Below the pieces are notes generated by a model, which saw only the letters and a program-made list of their open reading frames with translations, ran no database searches and was not told the origin of the DNA. A DNA stretch of 64,000 nt, taken from Planctomycetota bacterium. Lineage in GTDB: Bacteria > Planctomycetota > B15-G4 > SIAN01. Positions 30,348-39,841 of this stretch are shown in pieces. The stretch covers positions 138,704-202,703 of the forward strand of contig JANNXA010000033.1 in the NCBI GenBank assembly GCA_031409275.1. The letters are read 5' to 3'. The stretch's first letter is position 1. Each line of letters starts with the position of its first letter. Position numbers and translations under genes: made by a program.

Positions 30348-31928
30348 ATGGCAAGCGGGAAGACGTTCCTCACAGTTGGATGCATCGCGCTGGCGGGCGC
30401 TCGCGCTCACGCGCAGATGACCGATCTCACGCAGGCGCCCAATCGCGAGGGCGCCGGCATCCACAAGTCGCTCGCAGAGCAGGTCGGCGCCGGGCGCGGC
30501 GATGCGTTCACGCCCGACTCGTCGCGCTTCCTGATCGGACGCGATCCGTTCCGCTCGATCCGGCGTGGTCGTCAGCTGTTCCAACGCAAGTTCACGCTGG
30601 CGCAGGGCCTCGGTCCACGCACGCTCGACGGCGAAGGGGACCTCGAGCGCGATGGCTCCATCGGCGCCGGCCTCACCGACAGCTGCGCGTCGTGCCACAG
30701 CCGGCCCTTCGGCTCGGCGGGCGTCGGCGGCAACGTCTTCACGCGTCCCGACAGCCGTGACGCGCCGCACCTCTTCGGTCTCGGGCTGCAGGAGATGCTC
30801 GCCGACGAGATCACGCGCGCGCTCCGTTCGTTGCGCGCCGACGCGATCGCGCAGGCGCGCTCGTCGAATCGATCCGCCACCGTCGCGCTGACGGCGAAGG
30901 GGATCGCCTACGGTTCGCTGACGGCATTCCCGGATGGCTCGCTCGACACGACGCAGGTGGTCGGCGTCGATCCCGACCTGCGCGTGCGCCCCTTCTTCGC
31001 GCAAGGCGGCACCGTCTCGATTCGCGAGTTCGTGGTGGGAGCGCTCAATGCCGAGATGGGGCTCGAATGCCCCGATCCCGACACGTGGGCGGCCTCCCAA
31101 GGCAGTGACGTCGTGACGCCCTCCGGCATGTTGCTCTCGGGCTCGATCGATCGCATCGAAGCGCCGCCGGCGAGCCTCGTGACCGACGATCCCGACGGCG
31201 ACGGTGTCACCAACGAGATCGATGTCGCGCTCGTCGATCACCTCGAGTTCTACCTGCTGAACTACTTCAAGCCGGGACGCGGCGAGATCACCAGCGCGGT
31301 GAAGTCGGGGCGCAAGAGCTTCGAGGCGATCGGCTGCGCGAGCTGCCACGTGCGCGGCCTCTGGATCGACGAGGATCGTCGCGTGGCCGACGTCGAGACG
31401 GCGCACGACCCGCAACAGGGCAACGGAGTGTTCAACTCCCTCTACGCCGACGCGCAGCTGCGCCACGCGACGGTCGACGATGGCAGCGGCTACGCGCCGC
31501 TGCAGTCCGCCGCGCGCCAACCCTTCTTCGTCGAAGGGATCTTCACGGACTTCAAGCGCCACGACCTCGGCCCGGGTTTCCACGAGCGCAACTTCGACGG
31601 CTCGATCACGACGCACTTCATGACCGAGCCGCTGTGGGGCGTCGCCGATACGGCCCCGTACGGCCACGACGGCCGCAGCCCGCAGCTGCACGACGTCATC
31701 CTGCGCCACGGTGGCGAGGCGCAGTCGGCGCGCGACGCCTACGCCGCCGCCAGCGACACCACCCGGGCCAACATCCAGGCCTACCTGCGCAGCTTCGTCC
31801 TCTTCTCGCCGGAGGACACCGCTTCGGTGCTGAATCCGGTGAATCGCGCAGCGCCGAACTATCCGATGCATGGCCACGGCAGCATCAGCCTGACCCCGCT
31901 CTTCAACGACCCGAGCGACCTCGAATAG
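30348..31928 (+). CDS. Di-heme oxidoreductase family (DUF1111-like) secreted cytochrome c
   Basis: Signal peptide; SCASCH, PHLFGLGL, IGCASCH, FTDFKRHDLG, TEPLWGV..PYGHDGRS..ILRHGGEA; AGGAG RBS. Confidence 0.88.
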   Translation: MASGKTFLTVGCIALAGARAHAQMTDLTQAPNREGAGIHKSLAEQVGAGRGDAFTPDSSRFLIGRDPFRSIRRGRQLFQRKFTLAQGLGPRTLDGEGDLERDGSIGAGLTDSCASCHSRPFGSAGVGGNVFTRPDSRDAPHLFGLGLQEMLADEITRALRSLRADAIAQARSSNRSATVALTAKGIAYGSLTAFPDGSLDTTQVVGVDPDLRVRPFFAQGGTVSIREFVVGALNAEMGLECPDPDTWAASQGSDVVTPSGMLLSGSIDRIEAPPASLVTDDPDGDGVTNEIDVALVDHLEFYLLNYFKPGRGEITSAVKSGRKSFEAIGCASCHVRGLWIDEDRRVADVETAHDPQQGNGVFNSLYADAQLRHATVDDGSGYAPLQSAARQPFFVEGIFTDFKRHDLGPGFHERNFDGSITTHFMTEPLWGVADTAPYGHDGRSPQLHDVILRHGGEAQSARDAYAAASDTTRANIQAYLRSFVLFSPEDTASVLNPVNRAAPNYPMHGHGSISLTPLFNDPSDLE

Positions 31929-32430
31929 GTCGCTGCTTGGCCGCCGCCGCGTCGGTCCCTGGCGGGCCGGCGCGTGCGGCGCGGATCAGCTTCTTGGCGA
32001 TGGCGAAGGTCTGCGGCGTGAATCCCTGCGCATCGGGCTGATTCGGGGCGGCTCCATGGCCCAGCAGCCAGAGCGCTGGCGCGAACTTGCCCCAGCGAAC
32101 GAGGTCGTTCAGCAGCGGTCGATCGGCGCTGCGCGCCGCCGCGAGGTCGGCGCCTTGCGCCAGGCAGAACTCGCCGAAGCGCGCGAACTCCTCCTTCGTG
32201 TTCCACATCGCCGTGACCAACGCGCGCGTTGCGTCGGCCCAGCGCTCGAGCAGCAGCCTCGTCTCGTCGAAGCGACGAGCGCCGCTGCGGATCGGCGCCG
32301 GCGTCGAGCAACGCGACGATCGAGGCGCAGCGCGCCGCCTCGTCGATCGGCGGCTCGTCACCATGGGGATCGTCCTGGATCAGCGCCGCGAGCGGCGTCC
32401 ATCCGCGCGGGGAGCGATTGGTGTGTATGT
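31903..32430 (-). pseudogene. Frameshifted ankyrin-repeat gene remnant
   Basis: One frame gives RGWTPLAALI..SIVALLDAGADP; a second frame continues RLLLERWADA..LAQGADL..WLLGHGAAPNQPDAQGFTP; shift near 32280; in-frame stop and no start upstream. Confidence 0.6.
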
Positions 32431-32520
32431 CGCCACGCCCGCGCGAGGCCGATGGAGCGTCGAGTTCGACCGCGCGCCGAGCATGGCGTGGCGATCATCG
32501 GATCCGAAGATCGCGGACGA

Positions 32521-33000
32521 TCAGCCGTTGGCGGCCGCCGCCTTCGCCTTCGCGTCCGCATCGCGCCGTTTGGTGACGGCCGCCAGCGCTTCCACGACGC
32601 GGCGCGGCGCGGCCTGATCGCGGCTGTCGGCCGCGGCGTGCGCGAGATCGGACAGCGCGACGACGCCGAGCGGGCGGTCGTCGGCATCGACGATCGGGAG
32701 ACGGCGCAACTGGTGGGTCGCCATGAGTCGCGCCGCATCCTCGTCGCTGTCGCTGGCGCGGCAACGCACGACGCTGTCGCTCATCGCGACACGTACCCCG
32801 ATCGCGGCGAGCGGCAGCCCTTGAATGTAGGCGGCCATGCAGATGTCGCGATCGGTCAGCATGCCGACCAGCTTTCCCTCGCGATCGACGACGACCAGCG
32901 CGCCGCAATCGTGTTCCCACAACAGCTGGGCGGCGCGATTGAGGTCATCGTCGGCCTGGATCTTGATGACCGGTTGACTCATGCGCTGATCGAGCTTCAT
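32521..33000 (-). CDS. CBS domain pair protein
   Basis: DCGALVVVD..LVGMLTDRDI, QLRRLPIVD..GVVALSDL; ATG 33000 with AGGAG RBS. Confidence 0.93.
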   Translation of the reverse strand: MKLDQRMSQPVIKIQADDDLNRAAQLLWEHDCGALVVVDREGKLVGMLTDRDICMAAYIQGLPLAAIGVRVAMSDSVVRCRASDSDEDAARLMATHQLRRLPIVDADDRPLGVVALSDLAHAAADSRDQAAPRRVVEALAAVTKRRDADAKAKAAAANG

Positions 33001-33117
33001 CGACGGAACTCCTGTTTTCATTCCTATGCGAGACACGCCGCCGATGCATCGACCAGTTCACTCGTTTCGCAACGCGGGGGGCGCGCCGTCGTCTTCCATG
33101 TGATCGGGAAGTGGGGA

Positions 33118-33133
33118 CGCATACCCCGTGCCG
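33118..33133 (-). promoter_or_regulatory. Possible sigma-54 -24/-12 promoter for the CBS gene
   Basis: CGGCACG-GGGT-ATGCG (GG-N10-GC) about 120 bp upstream of the start. Confidence 0.35.
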
Positions 33134-33635
33134 CCGTGGTGGCTCGCCCCGCTCCGGAGGAGCACCGTTGATGCGAAGGGGCGGGCGAGTGGGCGCTCAG
33201 GCTCGCCCAGGGAGGGGCCACGTTTCCCGGACGGATTCGGTCGAACGCGGGCCGAGGAGGGGGCTTGCGGATGGTGCGCGCACGCGATCGTCGAGCGAGG
33301 GGTCGCGACGATCGATCGCAGCCCAGATCGCCGATCGAACCGCTGCGCGTCTCCCGTGCCGACGTCCATGCGAAGGCGTGCGATGGCATCGCGCCGCGTG
33401 GTCAGGCGCTTGCCCGCCGGGGGCTTCAACATGTCGTTGCGCTGTGCGGCCATTACGGCGGTTCAGGCGCGGCTGTCACCGACGCGCGATGATGACGTCT
33501 CTGGCGTCGTGCGAGCGGTGACGCGTCGAACTCCGGCGTGTCCCCTGCTTGCGGTGCAGGAGAGACATCGTTCGGCGCGACGCTGCCCGGAGCGAGTTCC
33601 CCGCTCGAGGTGCGGCGATCGGGAGACTCGCGCCC

Positions 33636-34574
33636 ATGTTCGATCGCCTGCAGGTCGAGAACTTCCGCGGCTTCGAGTCGCTCGGACTGCGGGAGTTGGC
33701 GCGTTGCAACCTGATCGTCGGCAGCAACGATCGCACGGTGGGATCGCTGTTCCATCGTCGCGACTTGACGAAGGTGATCGTCGTGCGCGGGAGTATCGAC
33801 AAAGGCGATCACGCGGGGAGGTCACGCGAAGTTCGCTACGAGCTGCGGGACGATCCGCCGGGGATTCGGCATCGCATGGCAGTACAGCGCAGCAACTCGA
33901 GTTGGGTCGTCCAGTTGAGTTTCGACGATGCCGCGCACAACGCACGAGGCGCCTGTGCGTTCACCTTCGGCGCCGGACGCGTGCAGGGCCGCACCGGGAA
34001 CGTAGTCCCCGACTTTCCCCTCGCGGTCATCACCACCAACCAGCCGCCCCGCCATCTCGCGCACTACGCTCGCTGGTTCTCCAAGCTCGAGGAGGCGGGG
34101 GGGCAGGACAAAGTCGTCGCGCTGCTGCGCGATGTCGAACCACGTCTGCAGGCGATTTCGGTGGCCGCTTCGGATCACGGCCCATATCTCCACGCCGATC
34201 TCGGCCTCGGCCGACGGATGCCGTGCTCCTTCCTCAGTGACGGCTTCACGCGCTTCCCGCTATTGGCCATGCGAATGTTCAAAGCGCGCAGCGGGATGAT
34301 GCTGATCGACGAGATCGAGTCGAGCTTCCACCGTAGCGTGCTCGACCGAGTTTTCGCCTTCGTGCGCGATGCAGCACGCGAGCTCGACGTGCAGCTCTTC
34401 GCGACGACCCACAGCTGGGAGATCCTCGAGGCGGCGCGCTCCGCCTTCGCTGCGTCGAAGCCCTACGAACTTGCCGTTCACCGCCTCGCGCACGACGGCG
34501 AGCGCGCCGTTGCCCATCACCTCGGTGAGGGCGCGATCGAGGCAGCTCTTGCGACGGGGCTCGACATCCGATGA
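33636..34574 (+). pseudogene. AAA_21/AbiEii-like ABC ATPase, open frame but Walker A region missing
   Basis: LQVENFRGF..NLIVGSN start, LSDG signature, LIDEIE Walker B and ATTHS H-loop are present, but the GK(T/S) expected right after GxN is absent. Confidence 0.72.
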
Positions 34575-35168
34575 AACCGCTGGCGACGCGTCCACCGCCG
34601 GCGCCGCTCTACGTTCTCGGTGAAGGGGAGGACGAGCGCCACTTTTTCGAGCAACTCTGCCGCGTGCACGGGATCGAGGGGGTTCACTGCCTCCAGTACG
34701 ACGGTCGCGACGCGCTTCGCGGCGACCTTGCGTCGTTGCGCTCGATCCTGGAACCCGCAGTCAGAACGTTGTTGATCGTCCAAGACGCCGATGACGCGGC
34801 GGCCGTGGCCTTCACGCGGGTGCGCGATGCTCTTGCCGCGAACGGCTTTCCCGCGCCCGACGCCTCGAACGTGCTCGCGGTTGGCGCGCCGGCGACCTGC
34901 GTCCTCATCTTGCCCGGCGATGGTCAGGCCGGAACGGGAGTGCGTCGAGCAGTTCCTCGAGTGCATCACGAAGCGCAGTCGTCAGTCGATAGCCGCTGCC
35001 CACAAGGCACCGATCCGCGCGTGGCTCACGACCCGTTTGCGCGCTGAAACACGCGTCGGGCTGGCCGCAAGGCTCGGCTCGCTGCCGCTCGACCGGCTGC
35101 CGTTCGCGGCTCTCGCGGATCGGTTGCGCGAGCTCGCGTCGCTCAGAAACGCCCATCGAGCGCCGTGA
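34571..35168 (+). pseudogene. DUF3226-like (TOPRIM-like) partner of the ATPase, frameshifted
   Basis: VLGEGEDE and IVQDAD motifs; frame 1 ends at LPGDGQAGT, and the protein-like continuation ECVEQFLECI..KAPIRAWL is in the +1 frame from about 34938; ATGA overlap with the ATPase. Confidence 0.7.
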
Positions 35169-35218
35169 TGAAGTTGCGGCAGGGGGCGTCGATGCCGGAG
35201 ATGGCCGCGACGACGCCG

Positions 35219-37444
35219 CTACTTCGCGCCGAGATGGAACGGTCGCAGCGCGATCGGCGCGAGAGCGACCTCGCCTTCCGTCACCCGCCAGGCGCGGTCG
35301 AACGGCACGTCGGTGAAGCGCTGCATCGTTCCCGAGCCAGGCCAGCGGATCTCGATCGAGCGGATCGCGGTGGCGTCTCCGAGCCCGATCTCCTGCCGCA
35401 ACGAGGAGCCGCCGAAGCTGCCGCCGGTGCCGGCCAGACGATGGAGCGTGCGCGGCCCGGCCGGCGTCTCGAGCTCGACCTTCAGTCGCGCACCGATCGC
35501 GCAGTGGTTCGCTCGAACGCCACGCAGGTGCAGCGTGATCCAATGGGCGCCCTGCGTCGGATTCTCGAACAGCGCGCTCGGGAAGTCGTCGCCCGGAAAG
35601 ATGCCGCCGAAGTCGGCGCATACGTCCTGGTCGCCATCGTCGTCGAAGTCGGCGAACGCGATGCCGTGCCCTTTCTGCAGGTGGCCGAAGCCGCCGGCCG
35701 TCGTGACGTCCTGGAAGCGGCGCGCGCCATCGTTTCGGAACATCCGGTTGGGCAGCAACGCGCGGAAGCTCGGGTTGCCGGTACCGAGGTAGATGTCTTC
35801 CCAACCGTCGTTGTCGAGGTCGCCGTAGTTGGCGCCCATCACCAGGATCGCGCGGTCGAGCCCGAGCTCGGGCGCGACGTCGCGGAATCGACCATGGCCT
35901 TCGTTGCGGTAGAGCGCGGGCCGATCGCTGCTGGTGGGCTGTCCGAACATGAAGCGGCCGATGTCGTCCGGCGTGTTGCCGAAGCCGGAGTTGGGCGCGG
36001 CGAAGAGATCGAGCCGGCCATCCTGGTCGTAGTCGAAGAACCAGCAGGCGAAGCTCTTCTCGGGCCGCGCGACGCCCGCTTCTGCCGTCACGTCGACGAA
36101 GCGAAAGCCTGGCGCGTCGTCGCACTTCACGTTGCGGAAGAGGAAGTTGTGCGGCTCGCGGCAGGAGACGTAGAGGTCGGGTCGCCCGTCGTCGTCGTAG
36201 TCGGCGGAACAGCTGCCCTTGGCGAAGACCGCGAGGTCGACGCCCACGGTCTCGGCGACGTCCTGGAAGCCGCCTTCGCGATCGTTCCACCACAGCTCGC
36301 AGCGCTGCGGATCGCCGGCCGAGGTCGTTTCGTTGCCGACGAAGAGGTCGAGCCACCCGTCGCCGTCGAAGTCGGACCAGACCGCGTTCTGCGTCGGATG
36401 GAAGGAGAGCATGCCGGCCTGCTCGGTCACGTCGTCGAAGGTGCCGTCGCCCCGGTTGCGCAGCAGCGAGTTGGGGAGCTTGCCGTCGTCCTTCAACCAC
36501 GCGCCGCGCAGCACCAGGACGTCGACGTCGCCGTCGTTGTCGTAGTCGGCGTGCAGCAGGTTGAGCCCGCCGATCAGCCCGTCGAGGCCCGCCTCATGCG
36601 AGCGCTCGGTGAAGCGGCCGTTGCCCTCGTTGCGATAGAGCCGCAGCGGATCGCGAAAGCCCTGCGACGAGAGCAGGAGATCGAGCCGTCCGTCGCCGTC
36701 GAGGTCCTCGGCGATGGCGCCGCCGGCGAGGTCGGACGTCGTCACGCCGCACGCCGCCGCGACGTTCTCGAAACGGGGCAACGAGTACTCCGACTCGAAG
36801 CTCGCGGAGGCCAATCGCCACGCTGGCGGCACGCCGTCGGGCCAGGTTCCGAGCGTCATCGCCACGAGGTTCACCAGCCAGACCGAGTCGGCGTCGGTCG
36901 GTTCGTCGGCGAGATGGTGCAGCAGCTCTTGATAGGCCCGCTCGGAACCGCGGCGTTTGGTGTGGACGCCCGCTGCGGCGATCGGCGCGAGGCACGACGA
37001 GCCGTTGCAGCATTCGACGCAGTTTTCGACCTCGCCCAGCCGCAGCCATGCCGTGACGCGCGCCAGGTCGAGCTCGCGCACGAAGGCGTGGTCGGTCAAT
37101 CCATCGCGCGAAGCGGCCTGCGTCGCTCGATCGAGTTCCGCCGCCGCCTGCTCCGGTCGGCCGACCTTGATCAGGTCGAGACCAAGCCGCAGGCGCTGGC
37201 GCGCCTCGTCGGCGAGTGGTGTGCTTCCGGCGAATCGGCTCACGCGTTCGTCGATGGAGGCGCGAAAGGCGTCCGCGCAGCCGGTGACGGACGCCGAGCG
37301 GGCCAGCGCATCGAGCCGATCGACCATGCGTGCCGTTCCGCGGCCGGACGTCGCGACCCACCAGCGGGTCACCGCGTCCCGTTCGATGACGACGATCAGC
37401 GCGGCGAGCGCGCCGGCGAAGACGATCAGCCGACGACTTTTCAT
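35219..37444 (-). CDS. CRTAC1 family protein (FG-GAP repeats + ASPIC/UnbV)
   Basis: Multiple D.D.DG.LD repeats, GHLQKGHG, AIGARL..GGSFGGS..EIGLG..IEIRWP. Confidence 0.93.
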   Translation of the reverse strand: MKSRRLIVFAGALAALIVVIERDAVTRWWVATSGRGTARMVDRLDALARSASVTGCADAFRASIDERVSRFAGSTPLADEARQRLRLGLDLIKVGRPEQAAAELDRATQAASRDGLTDHAFVRELDLARVTAWLRLGEVENCVECCNGSSCLAPIAAAGVHTKRRGSERAYQELLHHLADEPTDADSVWLVNLVAMTLGTWPDGVPPAWRLASASFESEYSLPRFENVAAACGVTTSDLAGGAIAEDLDGDGRLDLLLSSQGFRDPLRLYRNEGNGRFTERSHEAGLDGLIGGLNLLHADYDNDGDVDVLVLRGAWLKDDGKLPNSLLRNRGDGTFDDVTEQAGMLSFHPTQNAVWSDFDGDGWLDLFVGNETTSAGDPQRCELWWNDREGGFQDVAETVGVDLAVFAKGSCSADYDDDGRPDLYVSCREPHNFLFRNVKCDDAPGFRFVDVTAEAGVARPEKSFACWFFDYDQDGRLDLFAAPNSGFGNTPDDIGRFMFGQPTSSDRPALYRNEGHGRFRDVAPELGLDRAILVMGANYGDLDNDGWEDIYLGTGNPSFRALLPNRMFRNDGARRFQDVTTAGGFGHLQKGHGIAFADFDDDGDQDVCADFGGIFPGDDFPSALFENPTQGAHWITLHLRGVRANHCAIGARLKVELETPAGPRTLHRLAGTGGSFGGSSLRQEIGLGDATAIRSIEIRWPGSGTMQRFTDVPFDRAWRVTEGEVALAPIALRPFHLGAK

Positions 37445-37555
37445 GGCAGCGGGACCACGATCCAGGCGGAGATGAGCGAGACGATCGGTCTCAACGACGC
37501 GACGCCAGACCGCCCGCGCCGTGTTACTCGCGCAATTTCCGATCCGGGCTGCGAC

Positions 37556-39700
37556 TCAGAAGCGCCACTCGACGGCGGTGATGAGATTTCGTCCGGGCGC
37601 ATCGATGCCGGAACCGTGGATGCGGTAGCGGTAGTTGAAGAGGTTCTCGAGCGCGAGTGTCAGCGCGGCGGCGCGAGTGAGCTCGACGCCGGTGCGCAGG
37701 TTGAACGTCCACCAGGCAGGAGTGCCGGAGTCGGGGAAGCGCGGATCGCTCTTGTCGATGGCGGCGAGGCGACGTTGCGCGAGGGCGCCGCGCGCGAACG
37801 CTTCGGCCCACCACGGGTGGCCGGCGCTCTCGTCGTCGACGCGCCACGCGAGCAGGCCATCGGGCGGCGGCACCTTGCTGACCGGTTCGTTCGCGCTCGT
37901 GTTGCGGCCGAAGTTGGCGGCGGCCTGCAACTCGAGCGTGTGGCGCAAGCCCACCGGATCGACGTCGATCACCACTTGCGCGAGGCCGAGCTCGGCGGAG
38001 TAGATCACCGCGCGATCGGCGTTGTCGACCACGAAGAAGTCGGTTCCGCCGGAGTTGAAGGCGAACTCGTTGGTGAGCAGGTCTTCGTACCAGGCGGCCG
38101 CGAGCGCTGCCTGCGCGGTGGTGCGAGCGCTCGATTGCTTGGCACCGACTTCGAGGTTCCAGACCTTCTCAGGATTGACGTCGAAGCTCGGCACGCGATT
38201 GCCCGCCGCGAAGTCACCGACGACGGCAAGGTCGTCGAGGTTGGGCGCCCGGAAGCCGCGCGAGAACGAGGCGTAGAGCGACCGCTCGTCGTCGAGCGTC
38301 TTGCTCAATCCGGTCGCGAACGTGACGTCGTCGTGCTGCTCGTCGAACTTGCCGAACGGACCGGCGGTGCCGACCGTGAGCCCTTCGAAGTCGAGGTCGA
38401 CGGCGATGCGTGACGCACGCACGCCATTCACCCACTCGAAGCCGTCGCCGAAGCGCCACTCGTCCTGCACGTAGACCCCGAGCGTGTCGTAGCGCGCGCC
38501 ATCGGGGAAGCGGCCGTTCGCGCTGGGAGTGACCGTTCCCACCGTCGAGTCGATCGTGTAGGCGTCGGAGTTCACCCGCTCGAAGTAGCCCTCGCCGCCG
38601 ACCGTCAGCAGATGGGCCGGATCGACGCGCAGCCCCGCCTGCAGCGAGAGGCCGGGCGCGATGAGCTCGTCGCGCTCGACGCTGGTGAGGGTGGGGGTCG
38701 AGGTGCGCACCCGGCGGCGCCCCTCGACCGGCGCGTTGAGGCTCGCGATCGCCTGCATCGACTCGAGCAGCGCCCCCTCGTCGTCGTGGCGCCAGCGCAG
38801 TTGATGCCAGCGCAGCCGCTGCGGATCGAAGTCGCGCCCGAGGTCCGAGGGATTGGGATTCTCGTCGTTGGCGATGATCCGTTCGCTGGCGGGCACGTTC
38901 CATTGGCGGCTGTAGAGCAGCAGGTAGTCGAGCGTGTCGTGGTCGCCGAGTTCGCGGGTGACGCTCAAGTTCAGGTCGCGTTCGCGGTAGCCGGTCGGCT
39001 CCTGCTCGCCGCCGCGGTCGACCGCGCCGATCGGATCGCCGCCGACCCGGCCGGCGGAGAGGTCGCCGAGATGGCGCGACGTCGTGCCGGCGAAGAAGCC
39101 CCAGCCGTCGAACTCGGCGTTCGCATCGACGTGGCCGACGAGCCCCTCGTTCGCGGTCTGGTGCTGGAACCAGGCGCGACCGCCCCAGTCGTTCACTCCT
39201 TCGATCGAGCGCTGCCGTGTCAGCAAGTTGACGGCGCCGCCCATCGCGTCGGAGCCGTAGAGGACCGAGGCGGGACCGTGGACGACCTCGATCGACTCGA
39301 GCGCGAAGAGGTCGATGGTGTTGAGGTACTGGTGGTTGCGCCGGAACGTGGTGTTGCTGAAGCGCTGGCCGTCGATCAACAGCAGCACGTCCTTGCCCGA
39401 ACGACCGCGCAAGATCGGCGAGCCCGCCCCCTGGTTGCTCTTCTGCATCGTGAGGCCGGGCACCCCGCGCAGCGCGTCGGGGGTGTTCTGCGGCACCATG
39501 CGCCGGATGCGTTCGCGATCGCGGACGGTCACGCTGGCCGGGACCTCGAGGGCCGACTCTTCGCCGCGAGTGGGCGTGACGACCACCGGGGCCACGGGGA
39601 CGGTCGGGCGCGCCGGGTCGACCTGCGGAGCGGGGGCGGGGTCCTGCAACGCCGCGAGCAGCGCCAGGTAGGGAAGGCCCATGGACGGCGTCATCCGCAA
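37556..39700 (-). CDS. TonB-dependent receptor
   Basis: VVVTPTR, GSPILRG, IEVVHGPASVLYGSDAMGGAVN plug; GFRAPNLDDL; ENLFN..Y..PGRN..EWRF terminal Phe. Confidence 0.94.
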   Translation of the reverse strand: MRMTPSMGLPYLALLAALQDPAPAPQVDPARPTVPVAPVVVTPTRGEESALEVPASVTVRDRERIRRMVPQNTPDALRGVPGLTMQKSNQGAGSPILRGRSGKDVLLLIDGQRFSNTTFRRNHQYLNTIDLFALESIEVVHGPASVLYGSDAMGGAVNLLTRQRSIEGVNDWGGRAWFQHQTANEGLVGHVDANAEFDGWGFFAGTTSRHLGDLSAGRVGGDPIGAVDRGGEQEPTGYRERDLNLSVTRELGDHDTLDYLLLYSRQWNVPASERIIANDENPNPSDLGRDFDPQRLRWHQLRWRHDDEGALLESMQAIASLNAPVEGRRRVRTSTPTLTSVERDELIAPGLSLQAGLRVDPAHLLTVGGEGYFERVNSDAYTIDSTVGTVTPSANGRFPDGARYDTLGVYVQDEWRFGDGFEWVNGVRASRIAVDLDFEGLTVGTAGPFGKFDEQHDDVTFATGLSKTLDDERSLYASFSRGFRAPNLDDLAVVGDFAAGNRVPSFDVNPEKVWNLEVGAKQSSARTTAQAALAAAWYEDLLTNEFAFNSGGTDFFVVDNADRAVIYSAELGLAQVVIDVDPVGLRHTLELQAAANFGRNTSANEPVSKVPPPDGLLAWRVDDESAGHPWWAEAFARGALAQRRLAAIDKSDPRFPDSGTPAWWTFNLRTGVELTRAAALTLALENLFNYRYRIHGSGIDAPGRNLITAVEWRF

Positions 39701-39841
39701 GATCCTTGCACTCGGAGAGGGGCGGCTCGTGCGGTGGCAGCATGCCGCAGCCAGTCGATCGCGCGAAGCAGCGGGGTCGCTAACCTGTCCGCCCCTTTCG
39801 ACCCGAAGCCGACCTTCGCCGATCGCCTGCAGGAGCCCCGC

